Below are positions 27,450-35,603 of a DNA stretch of 41,018 nt, piece by piece. The stretch comes from a virus (taxonomy: Duplodnaviria; Caudoviricetes): positions 1 through 41,018 of IMG/VR virus record IMGVR_UViG_3300012676_000002; one strand, given 5' to 3'. A program made the translations under genes and the position numbers. How positions within the stretch are numbered: position 1 is the stretch's first letter; every line of letters starts with the position of its first letter. The notes under the pieces were generated by a model, which saw only the letters and a list, made by a program, of their open reading frames with translations, was not told the DNA's origin and ran no database searches.

Positions 27450-27717
27450 GACTAGCTCCTGTGTGACGCTTCTTTCGTGCCTCGACAATACTATTATAGT
27501 CCACCTGGAAATTCACCACCTTCGCTACATCTTGACTCGTCCACCCAATTTGATAGAGCAAATTGAACGCTGTCGTGAACAAATCAATCATGGGACGATC
27601 GAGGGTGATTGCAATGTTCCCTGAATCCTCACCATTTTCTGAGACGATCAATTCAAACTGTGCTCGGTCTTCGTTGGCAAACACTTTGATCTCAAGATCC
27701 CGTTTCGGTTCATCCAT
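27442..27717 (-). CDS. Hypothetical protein
   Basis: ORF in operon. Confidence 0.6.
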   Translation of the reverse strand: MDEPKRDLEIKVFANEDRAQFELIVSENGEDSGNIAITLDRPMIDLFTTAFNLLYQIGWTSQDVAKVVNFQVDYNSIVEARKKRHTGASHE

Positions 27718-27719
27718 CT

Positions 27720-28121
27720 TTACACCCAAAAGCTATTGATATAAGTACAAGCGTCTTCAATTTTAAAAAAAACTTTCACACAATAATTCTGTATCCAGGG
27801 ATGATTTCTGACCCGATGATCACTAGACACTAACACAATTGGACGGCTATTTGCATGGGCGTATTCGCATTCCATCCATGTGCCAATTGAAAGATGTTCA
27901 CCTACAGGATTTCCCCACACCAGCATTAAATCTGCTTTTTGGATGTCTAATTTATCTCGTGTCACAATCTCTTCTGTGGTAAATACTGCTGGATCATAGA
28001 GAGCCCTTCCCCGACATGGATCAATCGTGCGAGTATGTAACAAAGTTCTCGCTTGATCACGCCATTCGTCTGTGGCTTCTTTGTTGTCTTTGTATATTCC
28101 TCCGCTCAAGTAGACTACCAT
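27720..28121 (-). CDS. Nucleoside 2-deoxyribosyltransferase-like protein
   Basis: VYLSGGI, RDKLDI..AD, SIGTWME..YA and HPW motifs; GGAGG RBS. Confidence 0.85.
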   Translation of the reverse strand: MVVYLSGGIYKDNKEATDEWRDQARTLLHTRTIDPCRGRALYDPAVFTTEEIVTRDKLDIQKADLMLVWGNPVGEHLSIGTWMECEYAHANSRPIVLVSSDHRVRNHPWIQNYCVKVFFKIEDACTYINSFWV

Positions 28122-28288
28122 CACTTTCCTCCCATCCCGGCCCACAACAGGACAACATTTGTCAGTCCGTAAAGAAACCACAGGGCTGCCTTCTTAGGCT
28201 CCCCCACACACACCAACACAATTGATACCCCCCAATACAGCACAACCGTCAACAGCAGGACGTTTCTAATGATTGTGTATGTGTTCAT
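28121..28288 (-). CDS. Small two-TM protein (55 aa)
   Basis: Hand-translated MNTYTIIRNVLLLTVVLYWG...LWFLYGLTNVVLLW; coupled at both ends. Confidence 0.55.
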   Translation of the reverse strand: MNTYTIIRNVLLLTVVLYWGVSIVLVCVGEPKKAALWFLYGLTNVVLLWAGMGGK

Positions 28289-28557
28289 TCTGGTATCACT
28301 TCTTCAGAAAGACGACTCCGGCAATCTTTGCACATTTGAATCCCCAGCGAATCCTTGTCTCCTGGTTCCACAGGAACCCGGCAATAGACACAGATCCATG
28401 GTTCACACTTCTGGTGTGGATTGAAGTTGTAATCTTCCTTCCAGAGTCGCTTGAAACATCGGGTACACATTTGTCCGTGTCGTTCGTAGGTTGGTCTCTC
28501 ACGAATGGGTGGTTCACCATTACCACATAATTTGCATGTTTCGATCATTTTGTCCAC
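28285..28557 (-). CDS. Zinc-finger protein (4 CxxC)
   Basis: CKLC, CTRC, CVYC and CKDC. Confidence 0.7.
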   Translation of the reverse strand: MDKMIETCKLCGNGEPPIRERPTYERHGQMCTRCFKRLWKEDYNFNPHQKCEPWICVYCRVPVEPGDKDSLGIQMCKDCRSRLSEEVIPE

Positions 28558-28871
28558 TGGGCTTTCTGAAACACAACAGAGAACACATACTGCTTATCCT
28601 TAAACGTGAGATGGCTCTTAATCTTCTTTGTTGCCACCCGAATAGCTGCCTCAGACCACTCAGGTTCCAACTTATGAAGAACTTCGTGAAGCACTGTATC
28701 AAGGAATCCAAAAATACCCCTACCCCGACCGGGGTGGAGAACAATTACATCTTCATACTCAACTCCATCTGGAAGGGGACCTCCAAAGTCTTTGTATGGT
28801 TCTAGCTTTTTCTTTGATATGTAAATCCGTAGCTGCTGCCCCTCAAAAAAATCGAGTAGTCTTTTTTTCAT
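28545..28871 (-). CDS. HEXXH-motif (metallopeptidase-like) protein
   Basis: LDTVLHEVLH...PEWSE. Confidence 0.65.
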   Translation of the reverse strand: MKKRLLDFFEGQQLRIYISKKKLEPYKDFGGPLPDGVEYEDVIVLHPGRGRGIFGFLDTVLHEVLHKLEPEWSEAAIRVATKKIKSHLTFKDKQYVFSVVFQKAQWTK

Positions 28872-28968
28872 ACGGGTAATCTACTGGCTCAACGGCCAAG
28901 ATACCAAAGAATGAGACCAATGGCGAGAGCAGCAAACATAAAGTCACTACCCATGTTACCTCCACACC

Positions 28969-29412
28969 TTACCTCCACAAATATTGTTTAATTACTTCAA
29001 GTAATTTTCCATTAGATTCAACTTTCCCAACAAATAAATTACAAGTACAACACAGTAACCCTCTTACAATATTAGTTTCGTGGTTATGATCTACATATAA
29101 TTTCTTTTTTTGACCACAAATTAAACATGCTCCACTTTGCTGCTGGCTTCTTTGTTCATATTCTTGTAAAGTCATATTATATTTGCGAAGTAGGTGCCCC
29201 TTGCGCCGCACCGCCTTCCCATGTTGGGTGTTGAAATATCGACGGGAATATTCTTTAATTATAGTCTGTCCCACAACAGTTTTACGCCACTGTTTTTGTT
29301 GATCTAAGTGACAACTTTTACACGAAGCGTGATGCTTATACTTACCCTCAGAATGCTTATAATACTCACTTAAATCTTTTACACAGTTACACTTTGTGCA
29401 AGTTTTTTGCAT
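28969..29412 (-). CDS. Endonuclease VII-family (likely homing) endonuclease
   Basis: LLRKY.MT..EY, CLICG, VDHNH...VRGLLC..CN; visibly AT-rich. Confidence 0.9.
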   Translation of the reverse strand: MQKTCTKCNCVKDLSEYYKHSEGKYKHHASCKSCHLDQQKQWRKTVVGQTIIKEYSRRYFNTQHGKAVRRKGHLLRKYNMTLQEYEQRSQQQSGACLICGQKKKLYVDHNHETNIVRGLLCCTCNLFVGKVESNGKLLEVIKQYLWR

Positions 29413-29421
29413 AAAAATATA

Positions 29422-29880
29422 TTACCTTCGAGAAAAAACCATCGTTGCCATACTCAACCTCGAACGAAGAATGCTATCAGCTTCAGAATTGTCGGCAAAT
29501 ACATTCAACAATCGAATAAACTCAGCGTGATGAAAGTTTCCCTTTTGGCGATTACACTTTTTATGAACAATGTGGAGATTGTGCAATGCGTTCATGTGCT
29601 CAGGCAATCCGTGTCGTTCCTTCGCCACCTTATGGTCTATTGAAATTTCTTCAAGCGTCAACGGTTCCAAGCAATACGGGCACTGCTTGGTCTCCAATGC
29701 TTTGTTTACGAGGTCTTCCACGTCTTTTCTTGATGGGACCGGCTGCTTGGTCCGTCGAAGGGACCCCAGCAAGTTCTGGATCTTGTATGGCAGAGGGTTG
29801 TTCTTGCGCCACGTCCGTTTGTGCTCCCTGTTTCTTGTCACTGATTTGGAACTTCGGTATCTCACTAGTCCACCCTTCAA
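29422..29880 (-). CDS. HNH endonuclease
   Basis: CPYC...SIDHKV...NL...HKKCNRQKG; start may be GTG near 29865. Confidence 0.85.
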   Translation of the reverse strand: MKGGLVRYRSSKSVTRNREHKRTWRKNNPLPYKIQNLLGSLRRTKQPVPSRKDVEDLVNKALETKQCPYCLEPLTLEEISIDHKVAKERHGLPEHMNALHNLHIVHKKCNRQKGNFHHAEFIRLLNVFADNSEADSILRSRLSMATMVFSRR

Positions 29881-30646
29881 GTTGAATTAGATTGTCTTCA
29901 ACCGCAGCCGGATCACTAAAGCACCAGTGCTTGCTGAAGGTACATGACTTACACCATGACTTCCCCTCCGGGGAAGCCGGATCAAGAACTGCAGGAAGTT
30001 CAGAACGACTGTAGTAGCCTCGAACATCATCCCACCAAGCACGAACCTCTGCAAGTAATTCGGGCGTCACGTCCACCGTAAATGCTCGAATGGCTGCGTC
30101 TTCTTTTGAGAAGTACACCACCTTCAATTTTTGAAGGTTGTATTTCGTATTCATGTCATAGTAGGTGACAGCTTGGTACACATTGTGCTTTGCTGGCTTT
30201 TTGTCTTTAAGCACCATCTTCCAGAAGATACCAGTACCCTTAGTCTTAAACTCATACAGGACTAGATTACTGTCATCATCTCGAAGGATGTCATCAAACG
30301 CTCCAGACCGATCCCCAGACCCGTAAGGGGCTAGAAACTCTTCTGCAGCAACCAATCGTCCAGATTTCTTCAGAAGGTCTTGAATGGCTTGGTGGATTAC
30401 ATTGCCAATCCAGAATATCCGCTTCATCTTGACGTCGTGATCTTCTTCTTTCGCGTTTAACCGATTGAGAATTGCGGCTCTCTTACAAAAACCAGCATTA
30501 CTGACAGCAAACCACTCCCGTCGTTTCCGTCGTGATTTCCTGGCTTGATAGGTTTTGTCGATTTCTTCGTCAATCAGCCGTTCAGCCAGATCCCAGTATT
30601 TAACCTCTGGTGGGGTTGCAGTTTCTCCTGTGATTTCCTCGCTCAT
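29651..30646 (-). CDS. Cas4-like PD-(D/E)xK exonuclease
   Basis: N-terminal C, G..IH, G..D, EFKT, QAVTY and C-x2-C-x6-C motifs. Confidence 0.85.
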   Translation of the reverse strand: MSEEITGETATPPEVKYWDLAERLIDEEIDKTYQARKSRRKRREWFAVSNAGFCKRAAILNRLNAKEEDHDVKMKRIFWIGNVIHQAIQDLLKKSGRLVAAEEFLAPYGSGDRSGAFDDILRDDDSNLVLYEFKTKGTGIFWKMVLKDKKPAKHNVYQAVTYYDMNTKYNLQKLKVVYFSKEDAAIRAFTVDVTPELLAEVRAWWDDVRGYYSRSELPAVLDPASPEGKSWCKSCTFSKHWCFSDPAAVEDNLIQLEGWTSEIPKFQISDKKQGAQTDVAQEQPSAIQDPELAGVPSTDQAAGPIKKRRGRPRKQSIGDQAVPVLLGTVDA

Positions 30647-30822
30647 ACACTCGGCTCAGCTTCCTCTTCCTCGACATACTCTTCGAGATGTAGGGTGAGA
30701 AGTTTCTCTTGTGGATCGTAGACCGCCGCAACAGACGTAAACACAAACTCCTGCTGTCCCACACGGACCAGCACTTCCCCTCCAAGACTTCGGAAGAATG
30801 CGGCTAATTCTATTGGATTCAT
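30643..30822 (-). CDS. Small acidic hypothetical protein (59 aa)
   Basis: Hand-translated MNPIELAAFF...; ATGA overlaps at both ends. Confidence 0.65.
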   Translation of the reverse strand: MNPIELAAFFRSLGGEVLVRVGQQEFVFTSVAAVYDPQEKLLTLHLEEYVEEEEAEPSV

Positions 30823-30971
30823 GCGCGTAGAACCAGATAACCTGTACGCTCTTCTACAAAATGCTGAACATCAATAGTAGAAGCATCTTCTTCAGTATTA
30901 AAATCTCCAAACTGCACAACATAATCGTCTGGTACTTTTTCAATAATCGCATGTAACTGTTTAACAGTCAT
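30819..30971 (-). CDS. Small hypothetical protein (MTVKQL...)
   Basis: GGAG RBS; MTVKQL....P.D..V motif. Confidence 0.65.
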   Translation of the reverse strand: MTVKQLHAIIEKVPDDYVVQFGDFNTEEDASTIDVQHFVEERTGYLVLRA

Positions 30972-31239
30972 ACACATCTCCATTCTCTTGAATTTTCTGG
31001 TCTTCATAAACCGAAATAGCCCTTCGGTACAATTCAAATTTACAACACTCCAATGCTCCAATGAGTGTATTATACTCTTCATACCGGCCAGGGCGGGTCG
31101 AAAGCAATATTTTTGTGAGCAAATAATTCACATCTCCCCCAGAAATATGACTATGATGTTTTGTTTCTGTGAGAAGTGTACAGAGTGCATCTAACTCTTT
31201 GGACCAAAATTCTTTGTCTGATCGTTTCAAATACGGCAT
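30961..31239 (-). CDS. Conserved phage protein (DUF6899-like)
   Basis: MPY...G.VNY...IGALECCK.ELYRR...YED.KI.ENGDVY. Confidence 0.75.
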   Translation of the reverse strand: MPYLKRSDKEFWSKELDALCTLLTETKHHSHISGGDVNYLLTKILLSTRPGRYEEYNTLIGALECCKFELYRRAISVYEDQKIQENGDVYDC

Positions 31240-31808
31240 TAGGCAGCCGTAGGAGCAACAGGAGCCTCAACCAAGGCTTCAGCCAACTTCTTCACACCTT
31301 CCTCGTTGACAGGATCGATGGTTCCGCGCAACACATAATTGGTCAGGTGATCCGCAAGGATCACAACACGATTCACACGCTTCAAGTCATCCAACTTCTT
31401 TTTAGCATCTGGGTTCGAGTAGACCGAGTTCACAATGTCTGCAGCCACTTTCACAGCCGTCTGCCGGACAATCTGTAATTGAACCTCAGTCCGCTGTCCA
31501 CCCTGGACCGGAACATCAGCCCCTCCCGCAGTCTGTGCAACAGTCTGCGGTCGAGGAATCGGAAGGTTGTCGCACTTCTCAATACTCTCAACCTTCCAAT
31601 ACCCCTTGGTGTCTTTGATGCAATTAACCTTCACCCCTTGGCCAATTGGAAGCTCGGACACCAGCTTCTTATCGAAGCCAAGACCTAACTTCTGACCACC
31701 CACCAACATATTGTGAATGGTCCAATTGCCCTGTTTATTCAACTGGGCTGCGGTCTTCGACTCAACACCCTCATATTTCCCGTAACGAACTTCAGTTTCA
31801 CCGGCCAC
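31239..31808 (-). CDS. Putative single-stranded DNA-binding protein
   Basis: OB-like N-terminus, flexible linker and IVRQ helix; GGAGG RBS before GTG 31808; downstream of a strong promoter. Confidence 0.5.
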   Translation of the reverse strand: MAGETEVRYGKYEGVESKTAAQLNKQGNWTIHNMLVGGQKLGLGFDKKLVSELPIGQGVKVNCIKDTKGYWKVESIEKCDNLPIPRPQTVAQTAGGADVPVQGGQRTEVQLQIVRQTAVKVAADIVNSVYSNPDAKKKLDDLKRVNRVVILADHLTNYVLRGTIDPVNEEGVKKLAEALVEAPVAPTAA

Positions 31809-32145
31809 TGTAGCGTTCCTCCAGTTTGTGTTTGTTTGCTTCCATAATCTCACTCAGTGTGAGCCCTAATTCCGTCGCTATCTGCGTGAAGTACCACAGT
31901 ACGTCACCCAATTCCAACTTCACCTTATTTTTTTCCTCCTGGGTGAGGGTAATATCACTTCTTCGTGCAAACTTCTTGAAAATCTCAGTCACTTCTCCAC
32001 ATTCCCCATTCAAACCAAGAAGTAAGTAGAACGGGAATGTTTGTACTGCCCTCTGGCGTAAATATACAGGATCAAACATATCTATATAACTCTGCGGATA
32101 CTTCGCTGTACTTTTACTCCATACTTGATACTCTTCGTTGGTCAT
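31798..32145 (-). CDS. MazG-like nucleotide pyrophosphohydrolase
   Basis: LGLNGECGEV....KK, ELGDVLWY and N..KL..RY motifs. Confidence 0.9.
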   Translation of the reverse strand: MTNEEYQVWSKSTAKYPQSYIDMFDPVYLRQRAVQTFPFYLLLGLNGECGEVTEIFKKFARRSDITLTQEEKNKVKLELGDVLWYFTQIATELGLTLSEIMEANKHKLEERYSGR

Positions 32146-32336
32146 TTTACAGGTTCCGCAGCCAAACGGAATTTCAACTCAAGTCCTTTCGTATAAACAC
32201 TACATTTTCCATCGACGGAAAATTCCGCAACTTCTAATTCCGTTGTCGCCACACAAAAAATAGGCACTCCGTCATCATAATCTGTAATGTACACAAACAC
32301 TTCACTAGGAAAAGATATTTTACTTTTTTTAGCCAT
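32142..32336 (-). CDS. Hypothetical protein
   Basis: GGGAG RBS; first gene after the promoter. Confidence 0.65.
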   Translation of the reverse strand: MAKKSKISFPSEVFVYITDYDDGVPIFCVATTELEVAEFSVDGKCSVYTKGLELKFRLAAEPVK

Positions 32337-32359
32337 TAGATAATCTCCCATTGTGTGAT

Positions 32360-32388
32360 ATTATACCACGATTTCCAACCGCTGTCAA
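32360..32388 (-). promoter_or_regulatory. Perfect-consensus sigma70 promoter
   Basis: TTGACA-17bp-TATAAT with extended TG. Confidence 0.85.
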
Positions 32389-32570
32389 GGAAAATTTACT
32401 CCCACAGCCCCATACCAACATCCAAATTGCCAATTAAATGTAAATCCGGGAGAAAAAACAGAATAACTGGTTTCTGCGTACCATTCAAATGAGAATCCAA
32501 ACTCCCAAATACCCACAGTTGTTCCTTTGTAAGCAAAGAAGTGCATATTATTCCACTTTCTTTTGTTCAA
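32385..32570 (-). CDS. Small aromatic-rich hypothetical protein
   Basis: ORF following the polymerase gene. Confidence 0.45.
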   Translation of the reverse strand: MNKRKWNNMHFFAYKGTTVGIWEFGFSFEWYAETSYSVFSPGFTFNWQFGCWYGAVGVNFP

Positions 32571-34215
32571 ATAGATTAGGCCCAGACTTCATATCCGCCT
32601 TGAACGGATACACCAAATTCTTCCCAAAATACTCTTTGAAATATTCTGCAATGCGACTGTATTCTTGTTTTAAGAGTGTCTTGACCTCCCTTCCCTCTTC
32701 AGGAGGGGCGTCAAACGTGATATCATCATGTGCGTCTAGCATCGGCCTGGTTCTAAATCCTGCACTCTCTAGGGCTCTCCACGTCTTGATCATCATGATT
32801 TTGTTGAACACTGTTCCCATGTGTTGGATTTTGTCGTTGTACGCCTCGGTGAAGGACGAGGTAAATCGCCGTTTCCCGGTATATGGACACACAACCACTC
32901 CGTTTCGGATGATCTCTCGCTCGCACGAATCAAAGTATCCACCCATTTCGGGGTACCGTATATCGAGTAGATCATGACGAATCTCAACGGCTTGTTTAGG
33001 TGACAGTCCGTACTCGTGTGTGAGTGTGTACCCCTTTCCCCCAAAAAAGACACTGAAGTTCACGTTTTTGGCTCGGGTCCTGTTCGGGATCACAGGAAAT
33101 CGCTTTAATGTCTCGCTGTGAAGGTCTTTTCCTGTCAGAAGATCATCGAGCAGGAATCTCTTGCCTGTAACATAGAACGCCATTTCAGCATTCAGAGCAA
33201 TTTCCAATTGCATCCAGTCGCAGGAAATCAGTTCCCCTCCCGGATACTTCGAGACAATGCACTTTTTGAACTCCGATGTGCCTCCCCGTGGCATAATCTG
33301 AATAAACTTCTCAGACATACGCCCTGTTGCAGGAGCTTTACTTTCCCCATCTGAAGAACCAGCCAGCTTATAATCTGGATAATAGACTCCATCTATCAAA
33401 ACTGCCAAAAATCCGGCACCATATGTTTGGCTTTGCTTCGCAGCGGAGCGGTAATCCAACAACACTTTGGCGCTAGGATGCTCTATTTTTAATAGGGCCT
33501 TCTTATCAACCTGGCCTCTTTCCGTGCCTGTACGGGCAAGCTGGATGCCTTGTTGGGTATAAAACTCGCCAACCTGGAGGTTACTTTGCCAGTCTATCTC
33601 AGCAAAAGCCAGTAATTCCTTCTTTTTAGCCTCTAGGATCTCATCGTGACCATTCAAAAAGGCAGCGTGGGCCTCCAGGTCCACCTTCATACCCTCCCGT
33701 TCCATCTCAGTCATGACTCCGATGAAGTCAGACATTAGATTTTGAAGAGGAAGTAGCCCCAACTTCACAATCCACGGTTGGACTCGATCTGCGATCCACT
33801 CCGTGGAACAGAGGTCGTGGCGATTGTACCACTTTAACGTATCAAGGTCTTCCCAATACTCTTCATCGAAGTTTACTAAATACTTCCAGTTGGGAAATGG
33901 GTAGCCCCACATCCTTGCCAAATCGACCAAGTGGTAGCTTGGCAAATCTGATCTGATTAAGTGGCAATCAACTTCAACGTCTCGGAATCGGGTCTTGGGA
34001 CCAAAGCGGTAGCCAGCTTGTCTACACGCCTTCGTGTCATATTTGGTGTTGGCCCCTACCACCACACAATCATCAATAACCCGCGAGTGATTGTCTTGTG
34101 TAACGTTAGGACCCGACTTCCACCCCACAAACAGCACTTGGAAGTCCGGGTGTCTCGCTTGCAACTGAAACGGCTGTGTTCCCTTCGTCTCGCAGTCCAA
34201 GATTATCTGTCTCAC
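32548..34215 (-). CDS. polA: Family A DNA polymerase with 3'-5' exonuclease
   Basis: Exo motifs DCET, N.KYD and YNRHD; TGRMS; motif A DWMQLE, motif B R..AK..NF and motif C HDD; start GTG 34215 or TTG 34233. Confidence 0.92.
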   Translation of the reverse strand: MRQIILDCETKGTQPFQLQARHPDFQVLFVGWKSGPNVTQDNHSRVIDDCVVVGANTKYDTKACRQAGYRFGPKTRFRDVEVDCHLIRSDLPSYHLVDLARMWGYPFPNWKYLVNFDEEYWEDLDTLKWYNRHDLCSTEWIADRVQPWIVKLGLLPLQNLMSDFIGVMTEMEREGMKVDLEAHAAFLNGHDEILEAKKKELLAFAEIDWQSNLQVGEFYTQQGIQLARTGTERGQVDKKALLKIEHPSAKVLLDYRSAAKQSQTYGAGFLAVLIDGVYYPDYKLAGSSDGESKAPATGRMSEKFIQIMPRGGTSEFKKCIVSKYPGGELISCDWMQLEIALNAEMAFYVTGKRFLLDDLLTGKDLHSETLKRFPVIPNRTRAKNVNFSVFFGGKGYTLTHEYGLSPKQAVEIRHDLLDIRYPEMGGYFDSCEREIIRNGVVVCPYTGKRRFTSSFTEAYNDKIQHMGTVFNKIMMIKTWRALESAGFRTRPMLDAHDDITFDAPPEEGREVKTLLKQEYSRIAEYFKEYFGKNLVYPFKADMKSGPNLFEQKKVE

Positions 34216-35107
34216 TCTTCGGCCCCAATCCAATTTCTTGTTTGTAACGTTGGAAGATCTTATAGCTCAGCAACTTCTTCGCATTGGGCCAGTACTTCTG
34301 GTAAAGAAATTCTTTGATTGTATCCAGCGACTCAGAGGCAACATCATTCTGTACAACCTTAATCAGGTTCCCGATATCTGTGACTGTTCCTGTGTATGTT
34401 TCATTCTCTTTCAAACGCTGTACACCCTTGCGGAATCGGGCTTCAGGAAACACAATCTGACACAGTGCCTCTTCCAAGGAATCCCCAATAGCATACGTCT
34501 TCTTAAAATCTTCTTTGAAATCCGCATTCACGATCTTGACAAAGAGCGGTTGACCGTAGGAACTGAGGCGGTCATAGTTCTTAATCACCACACCTTCAAC
34601 AGGACCACCCAACATTGATCCGGCTGTATTCAACGCTGTCAAGTGGTCATTCACATCCACGAGGGTCTCAAAATATGTACAAGAGACACTCTGAATAAAT
34701 GATAGGTTGCGGTCTTCCAAAATAGAATTTCTCACGGTAGGAACTATAAATACATACTCTCCGTCTTGACGTTTATAGGAAAAATCAAATAACACAAACG
34801 GTTCTTTACGACCATAAACCAACACATTGTGGTTGTTACAGAACTCTCCCCACAACGTTTCTCCGGGTTGGAGCCCCCACAGTAAGGCTTGTTTGTGTTC
34901 CTCGAACCACAGAAGGAAGAATCCAAACTGCTTTGAATTCTGGTCCAACCATCGCATCCGAGAAGCCAAGCGAAGCCCGTCTTCTGTTCGGTGAATCGAC
35001 ACGTTGCTGCCGTCCAGTTTTTCAGACACGAAGACACCTGAGTCTTTTAGGTCTTCAGTCCCTTTGTAACCTAACGCATGAATCTTTGGATAGGGAATAA
35101 ATTCCAT
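34106..35107 (-). CDS. ATP-dependent RNA ligase (Rnl2-like)
   Basis: YPKI, EKLDGSN, WGEF, FVLFD, EGVVIK and VKIV nucleotidyltransferase motifs; AGGAG RBS. Confidence 0.85.
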   Translation of the reverse strand: MEFIPYPKIHALGYKGTEDLKDSGVFVSEKLDGSNVSIHRTEDGLRLASRMRWLDQNSKQFGFFLLWFEEHKQALLWGLQPGETLWGEFCNNHNVLVYGRKEPFVLFDFSYKRQDGEYVFIVPTVRNSILEDRNLSFIQSVSCTYFETLVDVNDHLTALNTAGSMLGGPVEGVVIKNYDRLSSYGQPLFVKIVNADFKEDFKKTYAIGDSLEEALCQIVFPEARFRKGVQRLKENETYTGTVTDIGNLIKVVQNDVASESLDTIKEFLYQKYWPNAKKLLSYKIFQRYKQEIGLGPKSETDNLGLRDEGNTAVSVASETPGLPSAVCGVEVGS

Positions 35108-35142
35108 CTCACATCTCCTGTTAAAAATGGTCGGGGTGCGTC

Positions 35143-35577
35143 CTACTGTTTAGATTCTACTACTTCCCAAATACATGCTTTCGCTTGCTTTCCTGTCCAA
35201 CAACCACCTGATTTAACGTGTTCCTGTGTTCGACAGTGGTAGCAGTATTCAAATCTCCGACCTTGGTAGGAGGGAGGAAGAGACTTGACCACCACACAGA
35301 GCACGACATCTGAGTTGTGTGCGATTTGTAGATTCCGATATTTGAAACCTCCAGGCCCATCCCATTGATTGGTACTCGCTGGGAAGATAAGTGTAGGAAT
35401 GGATAGCTCGTGAGCAATCTCTTCAGCCCAAATATCGACTCCCCCAAGAGGGGATCGACCAGAAACTACCAACTGAGCAGAATAAGCCTTAATATTGGCT
35501 CGAATCCGTGCCTTTGCAAGTAATGCTGTCTCGGGCGTAAATTTGTCGGCTCCGTGCCCCACAATTCCAAGTTTCAT
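35143..35577 (-). CDS. SLOG-superfamily (YspA/DprA-like) protein
   Basis: GIVG, VVSG...GGVDIWAE, RN.QIA..SD and SGG..T motifs. Confidence 0.7.
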   Translation of the reverse strand: MKLGIVGHGADKFTPETALLAKARIRANIKAYSAQLVVSGRSPLGGVDIWAEEIAHELSIPTLIFPASTNQWDGPGGFKYRNLQIAHNSDVVLCVVVKSLPPSYQGRRFEYCYHCRTQEHVKSGGCWTGKQAKACIWEVVESKQ

Positions 35578-35603
35578 TCGTGAACCTCAAATTTGTAGAA
35601 AGT

